DNA of 64,000 bases from Candidatus Binataceae bacterium (GCA_035493515.1 DATJID010000026.1:173-64172); one strand, 5' to 3'; numbered from the stretch's first letter, positions 43,802 to 56,690 are shown. Notes: a model not told the origin generated them from the sequence alone. Numbers and translations are program-made.

Positions 43802-45979
43802 ATGGCAGACATCGTCATAAGCGTTTCCGATCTCCATAAGACTTACCAGCTGGGCGACCTCGAGGTGCGAGCGCTGCGTGGCGTCAGCTTGACGATCGAG
43901 TGCGGCGAATTCGTCGCGATCATGGGCGCGTCGGGCTCGGGCAAATCCACTTTGATGAACATCCTCGGATGTCTGGACCGGCCCACCGCCGGCCGTTACC
44001 TGCTTGAAGGAGTCGACGTCGCTTCGCTCAACGAACCTGACCTCGCGCGCATCCGCAGCCGGCGAATCGGTTTTGTCTTCCAGAGCTTCAATCTGCTCTC
44101 GCGCACCAGCGCGCTCGAGAACGTAGAGCTACCGCTCTTTTATTCGGGTGATCTGGCCCAGGGAGCGGTGCGCGCCCGCGAAGTGCTGGCGCTGCTGGGA
44201 CTTGCGGGACGCGAGCGGAGCCATCCCAATCAGCTCTCGGGCGGCCAGCAGCAACGGGTCGCGATCGCACGCGCGCTCATCAACAACCCTGCGATCCTGA
44301 TGGCCGACGAGCCAACCGGAAACCTCGACTCGCAGACCTCGCTCGAAATCATGGCCACCCTGCAAAAGCTTAACCGTCAGGGCTTGACGATCGTGCTGGT
44401 CACCCATGACGCCGAGCTTGCCGCGTTCGCGGCCCGGGTCGTCATGCTGCGCGACGGGCTCATAATTTCGGACCAGCGACAGTCGGCGCGGCAGGCGGCT
44501 GCGGGCACCGTGGATTCGACGACGGCCGGGTTGAGCGCGCCGCCCTTGTCCGGCTACGCAGCGTCGCGAGCGCCGCAAGCCCCTCAGGCGATCCCGGAAT
44601 CCGAGGCGGCGCCGCTGACGTTTGCGGCAATGGCGCTGCGCGCGGCAGCCCGCGCTCTTGCCCGCAACAAACTGCGATCGATTCTAACGATGCTCGGTAT
44701 CTTCATCGGCGTCGCCGCGCTGATCGCGATGGTAGCGGTCGGGCAAGGCGCCAACGCGGCCGTTGAGCAACAGATCGCGAGCTTGGGCACCAATCTGCTG
44801 ATCGTGATTCCTGGCGCGACTACGGCCAACGGCGTGCGCGCCGGATTCGGCAGCGTCTCGACCCTGACCGTGGGCGACGCCGAGGAAATCATGAAACACG
44901 ATTGGCCGGTCGCCCGCGTCAGCTATCTCAATCGCCAACTTGCCCAGGTCGAGTACAATCGCCAGAACTGGAGCACCAACGTCCAGGGCGTTACACCCAG
45001 CTACCTGCCGATTCGGAACTGGACGGTGGTCGAGGGACGTCCGCTTGACGAAGAGGACGAACGCTCGGCGGCCCGGGTATGCCTGCTCGGGCAGACCGTG
45101 GTCGGCAACCTGTTCGGCGAGCACACCAACCCGGTCGGCGCCATGGTCAGAGTGAAGAGCGTCGACATGCAGGTGGTCGGCGTGCTCGCAGCCAAGGGCC
45201 AATCAGGATGGGGCCAGGATCAGGACGACGTGGTGATGATTCCGTTCAGCACGGCCGAGCACAAGGTTCTGGGCGTGGCGGCGCCACCCGCAACCAGCCC
45301 CTCGGGCACAGCGACGCCCAGCGTCGCAAATCCTTATGCCGGAGTGCCGACGGCGGGCTCGATCTACAGCTCCGACGCGGCACAGACCAGTCCCTTCGGC
45401 AGCCCGCCCAAGTTGACGGGCGTGGTGCACAATATCTTCGTCCAGGCCAAGAGCGAGGCGCTCATCCCGCAGGCAATGGATCAGGTAGTCCAGACCTTGC
45501 ACAACCGCCACCACATCCAGCCCGGCCAGGATAACGACTTCGACGTGCGCAACCTGAGCGAAGTGGCGCAGGCGGCGGAGGGCAGCAGCCGGATCATGGC
45601 GCTGCTGCTCGCCACGGTGGCGTCAATCTCGCTGCTGGTCGGCGGCATCGGGATCATGAACATTCTGCTGGTCTCGGTCACCGAGCGCACGCGCGAAATC
45701 GGCATCCGGATGGCAATTGGTGCGCGCCGCGTGCACATCCTACTGCAGTTCCTGGTCGAAGCAATTCTGCTCGGGATGGTCGGCGGCGCAGGCGGAATCA
45801 TCGCCGGCATCGGAGCGTCGCAGGCGATTTCGTCGTTCGCCGGATGGCCGACGCTGCTTTCGCCCGCCGCGATCGTCGGCGGCTTCCTGTTTTCCGCGGC
45901 GGTCGGAATATTCTTCGGCTACTATCCGGCGCGCAAGGCTTCGCTGCTCAATCCGATCGACGCCCTGCGTTACGAATAG
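43802..45979 (+). CDS. macB: MacB-type ABC transporter, fused ATPase + permease
   Basis: GASGSGKST Walker [16 protein letters not shown] signature, [11 protein letters not shown] Walker B, FtsX-type permease ending [10 protein letters not shown]. Confidence 0.9.
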   Translation: MADIVISVSDLHKTYQLGDLEVRALRGVSLTIECGEFVAIMGASGSGKSTLMNILGCLDRPTAGRYLLEGVDVASLNEPDLARIRSRRIGFVFQSFNLLSRTSALENVELPLFYSGDLAQGAVRAREVLALLGLAGRERSHPNQLSGGQQQRVAIARALINNPAILMADEPTGNLDSQTSLEIMATLQKLNRQGLTIVLVTHDAELAAFAARVVMLRDGLIISDQRQSARQAAAGTVDSTTAGLSAPPLSGYAASRAPQAPQAIPESEAAPLTFAAMALRAAARALARNKLRSILTMLGIFIGVAALIAMVAVGQGANAAVEQQIASLGTNLLIVIPGATTANGVRAGFGSVSTLTVGDAEEIMKHDWPVARVSYLNRQLAQVEYNRQNWSTNVQGVTPSYLPIRNWTVVEGRPLDEEDERSAARVCLLGQTVVGNLFGEHTNPVGAMVRVKSVDMQVVGVLAAKGQSGWGQDQDDVVMIPFSTAEHKVLGVAAPPATSPSGTATPSVANPYAGVPTAGSIYSSDAAQTSPFGSPPKLTGVVHNIFVQAKSEALIPQAMDQVVQTLHNRHHIQPGQDNDFDVRNLSEVAQAAEGSSRIMALLLATVASISLLVGGIGIMNILLVSVTERTREIGIRMAIGARRVHILLQFLVEAILLGMVGGAGGIIAGIGASQAISSFAGWPTLLSPAAIVGGFLFSAAVGIFFGYYPARKASLLNPIDALRYE

Positions 45980-46055
45980 ATGGCCGCTTCTCCGACGCCG
46001 GCGCGGCGCGGACCTCTCGCGCCGCTAGGAGTCTCGGGTGCCGCGTCGCGCGCGC

Positions 46056-48827
<2,772 letters not shown>

Positions 48828-48971
48828 GGTTCAGGCCGAATCCTTTCCGGAGAATCGCGCGTCCGCAGCCGCATGCGGCTCGAGCGCGGGTTGTGTGTTC
48901 GAGTCAACATAGCGTGGCGCCTTGATCTTCGCCAAGGCGCGCCACGCGCGTACCAACAGGGCGGTTTTCCG

Positions 48972-49469
48972 CTAGGGCAATTCGCGCAGCACTTTTCCGT
49001 CCGGGGCGTAAAAGTCGAGTCCTCCCTCGCCTTCGGCATCGACCCCGAGCAGTGCTCGCGGATGACCGCCATTGTCCGTCAGGCGCACGGTCGGAATTCC
49101 ATCGGTGCCGACTTCGACCGAGATTCTGAGTTTGTTGGAAGTGTCATAGAGCCGAACGCTCGGAGCCCCCTGGTTATCGATAACGATCTGGGCGCGGGGA
49201 TGGTTATCGCGGTCGTACATCGCGAAGCCCGCCTGCCCGTCTTCATTCACGTCGATTTTCGCGCGCTCCTTGCCGGCCGCGTCGAGCACCACGAATTCCG
49301 ACGCGGTCACGGTTCGTCGCAGAGCCGCACTCTCGGCCGTGTTCTGTTTCTGCGCGACCGCCGGTGTGGCGGCCACGGTCCGTGAGCGGCAAAGTGCGTT
49401 GCTGAGAGCGCCGCCAACTATGCCGCCCGCAAAAACCAGCGCGCCGTATAGCCAAAGCGTCTTTTTCAT
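48972..49469 (-). CDS. membrane-anchored/secreted protein made of ~4.5 tandem 23-aa beta-type repeats
   Basis: MKKTLWLYGALVFAGGIVGG anchor, then the repeats FVVLDAAGKERAKIDVNEDGQAG / FAMYDRDNHPRAQIVIDNQGAPS / VRLYDTSNKLRISVEVGTDGIPT / VRLTDNGGHPRALLGVDAEGEGG / LDFYAPDGKVLREL. Confidence 0.6.
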   Translation of the reverse strand: MKKTLWLYGALVFAGGIVGGALSNALCRSRTVAATPAVAQKQNTAESAALRRTVTASEFVVLDAAGKERAKIDVNEDGQAGFAMYDRDNHPRAQIVIDNQGAPSVRLYDTSNKLRISVEVGTDGIPTVRLTDNGGHPRALLGVDAEGEGGLDFYAPDGKVLRELP

Positions 49470-49526
49470 AGACCCGATCTGAGCCGCAGGCCGGGCGGTA
49501 ATGCAAGCTCCGCGAGCGCGCACGGA

Positions 49527-50006
49527 TTATGGCGAACGATCGGGCGGGCGCATCGCATAGACCCGCGTCAGGTTGACCTCGAGCTCAACCACCTGACGTG
49601 GCTTTCCGCTGACCGACGCGCGCGCGGCGCGCAGGCTGCCCTCGACTTCGCGCGCGACGCCGTAAACGATCGCGGCCGCGCCGTCGGCGCGCCAAGTCGT
49701 GAACGCGACCCGCGGATTGGCCGCGATATCGCGTCTGCGCAGCGTATTGTCGTAAATCACCAGCCGCAACCGGACCCCGTCGAGGCGTGTGTGCACCGGC
49801 GCGATATGCGGGCCACCCTGCTCGCCCGTCGTCGCCATCGCGACCAGCCGCACGCTCTGCCAAAACTCGACGAACTCGGCCGCGCTCATCTGGCGCGCCG
49901 GGTAGGCGAGCGAATCGGACGCGGCCGGGCCGGCCGACGCGGCGCTGCGGTCGATTAGCTCTTGCAGCGCCCGCAGGTTTTTCGAACTTTTGTCGTCAGA
50001 AATCAT
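49527..50006 (-). CDS. pyridoxamine 5'-phosphate oxidase-like (split-barrel flavin/deazaflavin-binding) protein
   Basis: ATG at 50006 (MISDDKSS...). VAMATTGEQGGPHIAPV...RLVIYDNTLRRRDIAANPRVAF resembles the PNPOx-like family. Confidence 0.6.
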   Translation of the reverse strand: MISDDKSSKNLRALQELIDRSAASAGPAASDSLAYPARQMSAAEFVEFWQSVRLVAMATTGEQGGPHIAPVHTRLDGVRLRLVIYDNTLRRRDIAANPRVAFTTWRADGAAAIVYGVAREVEGSLRAARASVSGKPRQVVELEVNLTRVYAMRPPDRSP

Positions 50007-50016
50007 CAAGCGCTCG

Positions 50017-53000
50017 TCATTTCGCCTGGCGGCGAACCGGCGCGTGTGACGGCGCCGGTCCGTGCAATCCGTCGTAAACCAGCGCGCGTCCGTCCGAATG
50101 GAAACCCATCGCGGCCATCGCGCCGACTCGCACCGAGCCAAGCGCCACCGCCCCGTCGATGGTTTCGACCACCACCTTGCGCCTGAGATCGGTAAGCGCT
50201 CCCACTGCGGCCGAGAAGGCTTCGTCGTCGAGGGCGTCGAGGCTGACCAGCGCGCGCCCCGCGAGCCCGATCATCGGGCGTCCGCCCCGCACCACGACGA
50301 AGTTGCCAACCTCGCGCGCGACGCCGCATCCCGGCAGCACTGCGCCGTAAGGATTGGCCGGATCGGCGGCGCTGAGCGCCAGCGGATGCTCGCGCGCGGG
50401 GTTGAGCTTGCGCGACGCGGCAAGCATCTCGAGCGCGGCGGGCAGTGCGTACTGCTCGCCCGACAGCGCGCGAACGAAGTAGCCGCGCCGGATCGCTCCG
50501 GCGTACTCCATCCGGCGAAGCGCGAATGAAATTTCGTGCCACGCCATCGGCGCGCTTTCGAGCCCGAGCATCTCGCGCGTCACGATACCGTTGCGCTTGA
50601 GCAGCGTCTCGGCGCGCTCGCGCGCCAAATCCCTGGACAGCTCGCGCGCCGCATCGCGTTGCGGCGCGTGCGCGCCGGAGCGCGACTGACCCCCGCCGGG
50701 CGGCGTGACGACAGCCACAGCAGGCGGCGGCGCTGCCGTTTGGATGGCGGCCTCGATACCCAGCGCCGACCAGCGTCCGCTGACGCTCGAGCGCAAACGC
50801 GCGCGCAGCGCCGCGTCGTGGCGGGCGCGGCGATGGGGCCCCGACGCCATCGCGCGCATCGCCTCGGGCGCGGCCCACAGCAGCCGCAGCGGCGCGAAGC
50901 TATCGTTGGAGACGCGGCCGGCGGCGGCGAGCCGCCATAACGCGGCGAGCGCCGTGCGCTCCGCGAGGCCGGCACGCTCGGCGAGTTGGTCGAGATACTG
51001 AGCGCCGCCTGCGGCGAGGGCGAGAAAAACGCGGCGCTCGTCGCCGTCAGTAAAGTCCGCTGCCGCGGCGTCCGCCGCCGCCGCGGGGTTCTCCGCGCCC
51101 ACGCGTGCGGCGCCGGCGCGTCGGCGCTGCAGGAACGTGATTCGCGCCGGCACTTCGTCTTCGCTCTCCGCTTGCGTCGGAACCGCCGCCCACACCACTT
51201 CGCCGCCAAGACAAAGGAGGTCGAGCCATTCGGGGCGGTAGCCTGGAATTCGCGCCGGCAGGATCGCGCGCTCCCACAACTCCGGGCTTAGCGCGACGCC
51301 GGAAAGCTGCTCCAGCACGGCGGCGACGCCGGACTGGTCGGCGGCGATTCCCGCGCCGCCCAGGTGACTCCATCGCAGGCGAAACGCCGCGTATTCGTGA
51401 TCGGCGGCGGGCTCGGTTTCCGAGCGCAAGCGGCTGAGGGTCAATCGATGGATTTTCTCCAGGTTGTAGCGGTCGCACCATTGCTCGGGGCTCGCTGCAA
51501 CGCCACCGCCTCGCTTAGCGCGCTCGCGTGGCGCGCCTAGCGCCGGGCGGCGCGGCGTGAAATGGCCGCGAAAGATCAGCCCTTTGGCTTCGAGCGCGAG
51601 CAGATGCCTCTCCAGGGTCGCCGATGCCATTTTCACGCGCTCGGCGAGGTCCGTGATTTCAACCGGCCCTGACGTCGCCATGGCGCGCCGGACAATCTCG
51701 CGCTCGGCGTCGTCCACTTCGGGTGCCGGCGCGCCAGAGACCGCGAGGGGCGGCGACGAGGCGGCGCATTCGAAAACCGCCTCGGGATATGCCGCGGCAA
51801 ATATCGCGGCGTCCTCGCTCGCGATCAGCATTTCAGGCGCGTCCGAGGAAAGATGCGCACTCGTCACGCGTCCCTCGCGTTGCAGTGCGTCCAGCATCTT
51901 ATGAGCCTCACCGGCCACGCGTTCGTCCAGCGCGCCGCTCGCCAGCGCTCCGTGCGCTCGGATCAATTCATAAAGTTCGTCGCGATCGCGCGCCCGGCGC
52001 GCCATCGCGCGGCCGCTTACCTCGGCCTCGACGCTCTCGACCGCATCGGCGGCGAGCATCGCGGACAGGTCTTCGGTGCGCAGCACGTCCTCGGCCATCG
52101 CGCGGTTAAGCGAGACCGTGCGGCTGCGGCGGTTGGCGCGCTCCCCATCGTCGAGGAATGAATAGTCCCAGGCGAGTAGGACGCGATGGGCGAAAACCGA
52201 GGGCGCAATAGCGTCGACTGTCACCACCCGTGTGGTGCCTTGCTCGATCGCGCGGAGCAGTTCTTCTATCCGTCCTATGTCGGCCGATTCGGTCAGGCAC
52301 TCATGCATGGTCTCGGTGGCGATGAAGTGGTCGGGCAATTCGACCTCGGGCGGCCGGTTTTCAAGGCACGCCTCGCGTCCGGGAAAGATCGCCGCCGCGA
52401 TTTCCTGCGCGCGCAGGCGCTGGATCCATGCCGGGACCTTGCGACCGCGCGCCGAACGCATCACCGCCAGCGCTCGCGTCGCGACGTGACGCATTCGGAC
52501 CTCGAACATCGGCGCGGCCAGCAACGCCTGCTCGAGCACGCCGCGCACCGTGCGCGCGGAAATCATCGCCATCAGCGACTCGAGCGGAAAGCTGTGGCGA
52601 GCGTTCAGCGCGAGCAGCACCGCGTCGTCGATCGCGGAAGCCTGGATTTCGAAATCGAATGACTGGCAAAGGCGTTTGCGCAGCGCCAGGCCCAGCCCGC
52701 GATTGACGCGCATTCCGAACGGCGAGTGAATTACCACCTGGGTGCCGCCGAGACCGTCGAAGAAACGCTCGACCACGATCGTGCGCTCATCGGGAATCGC
52801 GCCGAGCGCGCCGTGACCGCGGCGCACGTAATCGATCGTCTGGCGCGCGGCGCGTTCGTCCATCGCGCAGTCAACGGCAAGGAACGCCACCGCCGCGGCG
52901 TCGTCGCCGCGTGCGATATGCTCGAAGATTTTGCCGCGCAATTCCGACACTTCAGAGGAAAGAGCGGGCGAGCGGCCCGCCGCCTCGGTCTGCCAGAACG

Positions 53001-54774
53001 GCAGCGACGGCGCCATCCCGGGCGCCGGCTCGACCAGGAAGCGGTTGCGTGAGATTCCGAGCACCCGCCAGGGCATCGAGCCGAGGGCGAATATGTCGCC
53101 GCGCGAAGATTCCTGGGCGAAGTCTTCCTCGACGTCGCCGATTTTGCGGCTCTGCGATTCGATCACCACGTCGAGATTGCCGTTCTCGGGAATCGTGCCG
53201 CCCGAGGTGATGGCCGCAAGCCGCGCGCCGCGGCGCGCCCGCACACGCGCGCCGACCCGGTCGTAAAAGATTTTCGGCGCCGCGCCCTGGATTCGCGCCG
53301 GCAATTCGGCCGCCATCTGTTCGAGCAGATGGTCGAGCGCGCCGTGGTCGAGATCGGCGAAGTTGTACGCGCCGCGCAGGAGCCGCAGCAGGTCGGCCTT
53401 GCCAATCTCCTCGTCTTCGGCGGCGATCGCGACGATCTGCTGCGCCGCGACGTCGAGGCATCCGCCAGGGACTTCAACCTCGTCGAGCCGGCCATGGCGA
53501 ATTGCGCGCACCGCGGCGGCACATTCGAGGAGGTCGTCGAGCGTGAGCGCGAACAGTCGTCCCTTGGGCGTCGCGTCGAGCCGATGGCCCGAGCGGCCGA
53601 TACGCTGAATCGCAGCCGAGATGCTTTTGGGCGTGTCGATCTGGCAGACGAGGTCGACCGCGCCGACGTCGATACCAAGCTCGAGCGAGGAGGTCGCAAC
53701 CAGCGCGCGCAGTTCCCCGCGCTTGAGACGCTGCTCGGCGGCCACACGCTCGGCGCGCGCCAGACTGCCATGATGGGCCAGCACGGCGTCGTGGCCGAGG
53801 CGCTTTTGCAGGTTGAGCGCGATCCGCTCGGCCCAGCGCCGGCTGAGCGTGAAGACCAGGGTCGTGCGATGCTCTCGCACCAGCGCGGCGACCGCGTCGT
53901 ACATCGCCTCCCAGTGCTGATGAGTCGCGAGCGCGCCCAGGTCGGGACCAGGCGCGATGACCTGCAAATCCATCGCGCGCGCGCGCTCGCCGGAGCCGTC
54001 GGTGCGCACGACTTTCACCGGGCGGGGTGTGCGCGCGCCGGCGCCATCGGTCTCAGCGCCGGCGAGAAATTCGGCCAGCCGCTCGATCGGATTGAGCGTC
54101 GCGGAAAGTCCGATTCGCGCCGGACGCGGACCGCCGCTCGCGCGTACCATCCGCTCCAGCCGTTCCAGCGTGAGCATCAGATGAGCGCCGCGCTTGTTCG
54201 GTGCGAGCGCGTGCAACTCGTCCACGATCACATAACGCACCCGGCGCAGGCTTTGACGAAAGCGCGGGGACGTCAGCAGGATGAACAGCGACTCCGGCGT
54301 AGTGACCAGGATGTGAGGCGGCCGCCGGAGCATCGCAGAGCGCTCGTGGGCCGGAGTGTCGCCGGTGCGAAGCCCCGCCCGCACTTCAAGTACTGGTTTA
54401 ATTTGTTCGCTAGGGCGAGGACCAGCGGCTGCGGCCAGTCCATCCGCCGTCTCGCGAATTCCGACGAGCGGTTCCTCAAGATTGACCCGGATATCGTTGG
54501 CGAGGGCTTTGAGCGGCGAAACGTACAGCACCGACACGCTATCCCCAAGTTCGCCGCGCTCGGCGTCGCGGAAGAGCCGGTCTATTGCCCACATGAACGC
54601 GGCGAGCGTCTTGCCGCTACCCGTGGGCGCGCACAAAAGCACGTCGTGGCCGGGCGCTGCGTCGCACTCGGCAATCACCGGCCATCCCTGGGTCTGCGCG
54701 GGCGAGGGGGCGCCGAAGCGTTCGGCGAACCAGGTCCGGACCGCGGGATGAAACGCGTCGAGCACTGAAATCAT
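50017..54774 (-). CDS. lhr: Lhr-family large ATP-dependent DEAH-box helicase
   Basis: About 1585 aa. LLCAPTGSGKT, YVIVDELHAL, SATL and QRIGRSGH helicase motifs, plus the long Lhr-type C-terminal extension. ATG at 54774 preferred. Confidence 0.9.
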   Translation of the reverse strand: MISVLDAFHPAVRTWFAERFGAPSPAQTQGWPVIAECDAAPGHDVLLCAPTGSGKTLAAFMWAIDRLFRDAERGELGDSVSVLYVSPLKALANDIRVNLEEPLVGIRETADGLAAAAGPRPSEQIKPVLEVRAGLRTGDTPAHERSAMLRRPPHILVTTPESLFILLTSPRFRQSLRRVRYVIVDELHALAPNKRGAHLMLTLERLERMVRASGGPRPARIGLSATLNPIERLAEFLAGAETDGAGARTPRPVKVVRTDGSGERARAMDLQVIAPGPDLGALATHQHWEAMYDAVAALVREHRTTLVFTLSRRWAERIALNLQKRLGHDAVLAHHGSLARAERVAAEQRLKRGELRALVATSSLELGIDVGAVDLVCQIDTPKSISAAIQRIGRSGHRLDATPKGRLFALTLDDLLECAAAVRAIRHGRLDEVEVPGGCLDVAAQQIVAIAAEDEEIGKADLLRLLRGAYNFADLDHGALDHLLEQMAAELPARIQGAAPKIFYDRVGARVRARRGARLAAITSGGTIPENGNLDVVIESQSRKIGDVEEDFAQESSRGDIFALGSMPWRVLGISRNRFLVEPAPGMAPSLPFWQTEAAGRSPALSSEVSELRGKIFEHIARGDDAAAVAFLAVDCAMDERAARQTIDYVRRGHGALGAIPDERTIVVERFFDGLGGTQVVIHSPFGMRVNRGLGLALRKRLCQSFDFEIQASAIDDAVLLALNARHSFPLESLMAMISARTVRGVLEQALLAAPMFEVRMRHVATRALAVMRSARGRKVPAWIQRLRAQEIAAAIFPGREACLENRPPEVELPDHFIATETMHECLTESADIGRIEELLRAIEQGTTRVVTVDAIAPSVFAHRVLLAWDYSFLDDGERANRRSRTVSLNRAMAEDVLRTEDLSAMLAADAVESVEAEVSGRAMARRARDRDELYELIRAHGALASGALDERVAGEAHKMLDALQREGRVTSAHLSSDAPEMLIASEDAAIFAAAYPEAVFECAASSPPLAVSGAPAPEVDDAEREIVRRAMATSGPVEITDLAERVKMASATLERHLLALEAKGLIFRGHFTPRRPALGAPRERAKRGGGVAASPEQWCDRYNLEKIHRLTLSRLRSETEPAADHEYAAFRLRWSHLGGAGIAADQSGVAAVLEQLSGVALSPELWERAILPARIPGYRPEWLDLLCLGGEVVWAAVPTQAESEDEVPARITFLQRRRAGAARVGAENPAAAADAAAADFTDGDERRVFLALAAGGAQYLDQLAERAGLAERTALAALWRLAAAGRVSNDSFAPLRLLWAAPEAMRAMASGPHRRARHDAALRARLRSSVSGRWSALGIEAAIQTAAPPPAVAVVTPPGGGQSRSGAHAPQRDAARELSRDLARERAETLLKRNGIVTREMLGLESAPMAWHEISFALRRMEYAGAIRRGYFVRALSGEQYALPAALEMLAASRKLNPAREHPLALSAADPANPYGAVLPGCGVAREVGNFVVVRGGRPMIGLAGRALVSLDALDDEAFSAAVGALTDLRRKVVVETIDGAVALGSVRVGAMAAMGFHSDGRALVYDGLHGPAPSHAPVRRQAK

Positions 54775-54847
54775 GGTCCGATACTTATAGCATCTGGATT
54801 GCTCGATCCGGCAGGCTGTTAAAGGCACAAGGAGGCGCGACGCGCAA

Positions 54848-55378
54848 ATGACCTTCCCCTATCCTCTTCCTGAACTGGATCTCAGCGCTCCATTGGATCG
54901 TTACCGCGCCGCCGTACTTCCCGAGTGGATCGATTCATACGGTCATATGAACATGGCAGTGTACGTGACGGTCTTCGACCAGGCCGCCGATGTCCTGTGC
55001 GCTATGCTCGGAGTCGGCCCGCTCTACACGCAACATGAGCTTGGCATGCTGTTCGTGCTTGAAACTCATCTTGCCTATGCGCGCGAGGTCCGCCTCGGCG
55101 CGCCCTTGCGAGTCACTTCACAGATCCTCGACCACGACGCGAAACGCCTGCATCTTTTTCATCACATGTATCACGGCGAAGAAGGATGGCCGGTGGCTAC
55201 CAACGAAGTGCTGATGATCAATGTCGAGTACAATTCGCGGCGCACCGTGCCGTGGCCGGACGCGACGATGCGCCGGCTCGGCCTGATGGCGGCCGCGCAC
55301 TCAGGTTTGCCCAGACCCGAAAATGCGGGCCGCATCATTCGTATCAAGGCCGGTCACAGCTCTGCGAGAAATCGATGA
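54848..55378 (+). CDS. hotdog-fold (4HBT-type) acyl-CoA thioesterase-family protein
   Basis: 176 aa. VLPEWIDSYGHMNMAVYVTVFDQA and LETHLAYAREVRLGAPLRV are typical 4HBT-like strings. Confidence 0.65.
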   Translation: MTFPYPLPELDLSAPLDRYRAAVLPEWIDSYGHMNMAVYVTVFDQAADVLCAMLGVGPLYTQHELGMLFVLETHLAYAREVRLGAPLRVTSQILDHDAKRLHLFHHMYHGEEGWPVATNEVLMINVEYNSRRTVPWPDATMRRLGLMAAAHSGLPRPENAGRIIRIKAGHSSARNR

Positions 55379-55550
55379 CTTCAAGCTTGTCTTTAGATTC
55401 CGTCTTTTTAGAGGAAATCAGGACGATTGAGAATGAGCATCGGATGCCGACCGGTGGACCTTGTCTGAGGTCTTTCAAACATCACAAAAGAAGCTTACAA
55501 TCACTAAGAGGCGTTAAAACGAAGAATCGATCCTATGTTTAATAGCAATT

Positions 55551-56126
55551 GTGATAACGTCTGCGGCAGCAGACCTGTATCGAACCACGGAGGCCCCAAC
55601 GGTGGACAAAGTTCATAGTCTGTATAACAACGTGCGAGTGACTCTTTTGCCGTTGGAAATAAAGAGGATTGCAGCTTCAGCGACGTTTGCGATTGCCTTC
55701 TTGATGTTTGCGACTCATGCCTGGGCGCAAGCAGTGGGCGCTTCGGTGGGAGTTGTCACTGGAACTTGCACGGTGGAGCGCGCTGGCAAGTCGATCCAGG
55801 CCGCCGACGGCAGCCGTCTGATGGTCGGCGACAAGCTCACGACTGGACCGAACAGCCGCATGACGATCGGTCTCGGCGATGGCAGCCAGCTGGAACTGAA
55901 CGAATCGAGCACGCTTGTGCTAACGGAAAACATTCTTAATCCCGATGGCTCACGTGCGAGCACAAAGATCACGCTGCTGGGCGGCCTGGTGCGAAGCCTC
56001 GTTCATACCAGCCCTGGAGGCGCGCCTAATTTCGAGGTTCATACTCCCAACGCCGTTGCTTCCGCTCGCGGCACGATGTTCGACGTCTCGTATCACGAGG
56101 GACAGCCGCCGCCCGCGACGCCCTGA
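55551..56126 (+). CDS. FecR-domain protein (start uncertain; possibly C-terminally truncated)
   Basis: Signal-like IAASATFAIAFLMFATHAWA, then GDKLTTGPNSRMTIGLGDGSQLELNESSTLVL...ARGTMFDVSY (FecR domain). The ORF ends in a run, QPPPATP, that is antisense to a gene remnant. Confidence 0.6.
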   Translation: MITSAAADLYRTTEAPTVDKVHSLYNNVRVTLLPLEIKRIAASATFAIAFLMFATHAWAQAVGASVGVVTGTCTVERAGKSIQAADGSRLMVGDKLTTGPNSRMTIGLGDGSQLELNESSTLVLTENILNPDGSRASTKITLLGGLVRSLVHTSPGGAPNFEVHTPNAVASARGTMFDVSYHEGQPPPATP

Positions 56127-56129
56127 ACC

Positions 56130-56296
56130 GCCCCCGAAAAGCGCCGCTCCCGATAGTGCGAAGAGCGCTATCGCCAGCGCAACCAACGCCGGATGGGAAA
56201 AAAGGCTGCGAGGCCGCCCCGGGCGATCACGGCCAGCGCAAAATAGGCGGCAGTGCCCACCAGGATTAACGTCCATCTGACGGTCGACTTCATCAT
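56130..56296 (-). pseudogene. 5' remnant of a polytopic membrane protein gene (possibly ICMT/phospholipid-methyltransferase-like), frameshifted and truncated
   Basis: MMKSTVRWTLILVGTAAYFALAVIARGGLAAFF continues as SHPALVALAIALFALSGAALFGGG only after a 1-nt frame change in the A6 run at 56198-56203. Beyond about 56130 the frame is merely antisense to the FecR ORF. Confidence 0.5.
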
Positions 56297-56690
56297 CGCG
56301 GACTCGCCGGCCGCGCTCCTTGGCGACATCCCCCGGACGATCGAGGGAAGGCGCGCGGCGCTTACGACTTGAGCAGGTCGGGCTACTGCTGAGTGCGCCA
56401 CTCGGCCCGAGGTCTGGGGGCACTAGGTGCGCAATATCACAGCCCCTTACCTTGGCCTTGAAAAACTGCAGACACTGCAAGACCTCTGGCCTGAGCCCCC
56501 CGCTCTGGTGGCCCCGCCTCCGCCCGGACGACGCCCCTGAGACTCCTCGGCTTTCGCCCTCGACGAGCAATAGCGTCCCGACACGACGAGGCCCGTCCTG
56601 CCTTCGGACGGCGGCCTCAGCCCTCTGCGCTCGTCCTCGGGCACGGAATGTCCAGACTAGGAGATGGCGACGATAGCCCTTTAGAGATCT

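Noticed and set aside
45995-46030. Hairpin gcggcgcg-gacctct-cgcgccgc (46003-46025) between convergent macB and acnA as a bidirectional terminator
   Set aside because: It is only an 8-bp stem with no U/A tracts on either side, so I did not list it as a feature.
50006-50878. 290-aa minus-strand ORF (extremely Arg/Ala-rich) overlapping the 3' end of lhr in another frame
   Set aside because: It is an alternate frame of a clearly coding helicase gene. Composition (runs of RRA/GAR) is what GC-rich off-frames give.
50017-54774. Lhr helicase as the core of an anti-phage defence island
   Set aside because: Neighbours are housekeeping or metabolic (acnA, thioesterase, PNPOx-like). No nuclease, methylase, TIR, SIR2 or other defence-type genes are adjacent. 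The size and motifs fit ordinary chromosomal Lhr.
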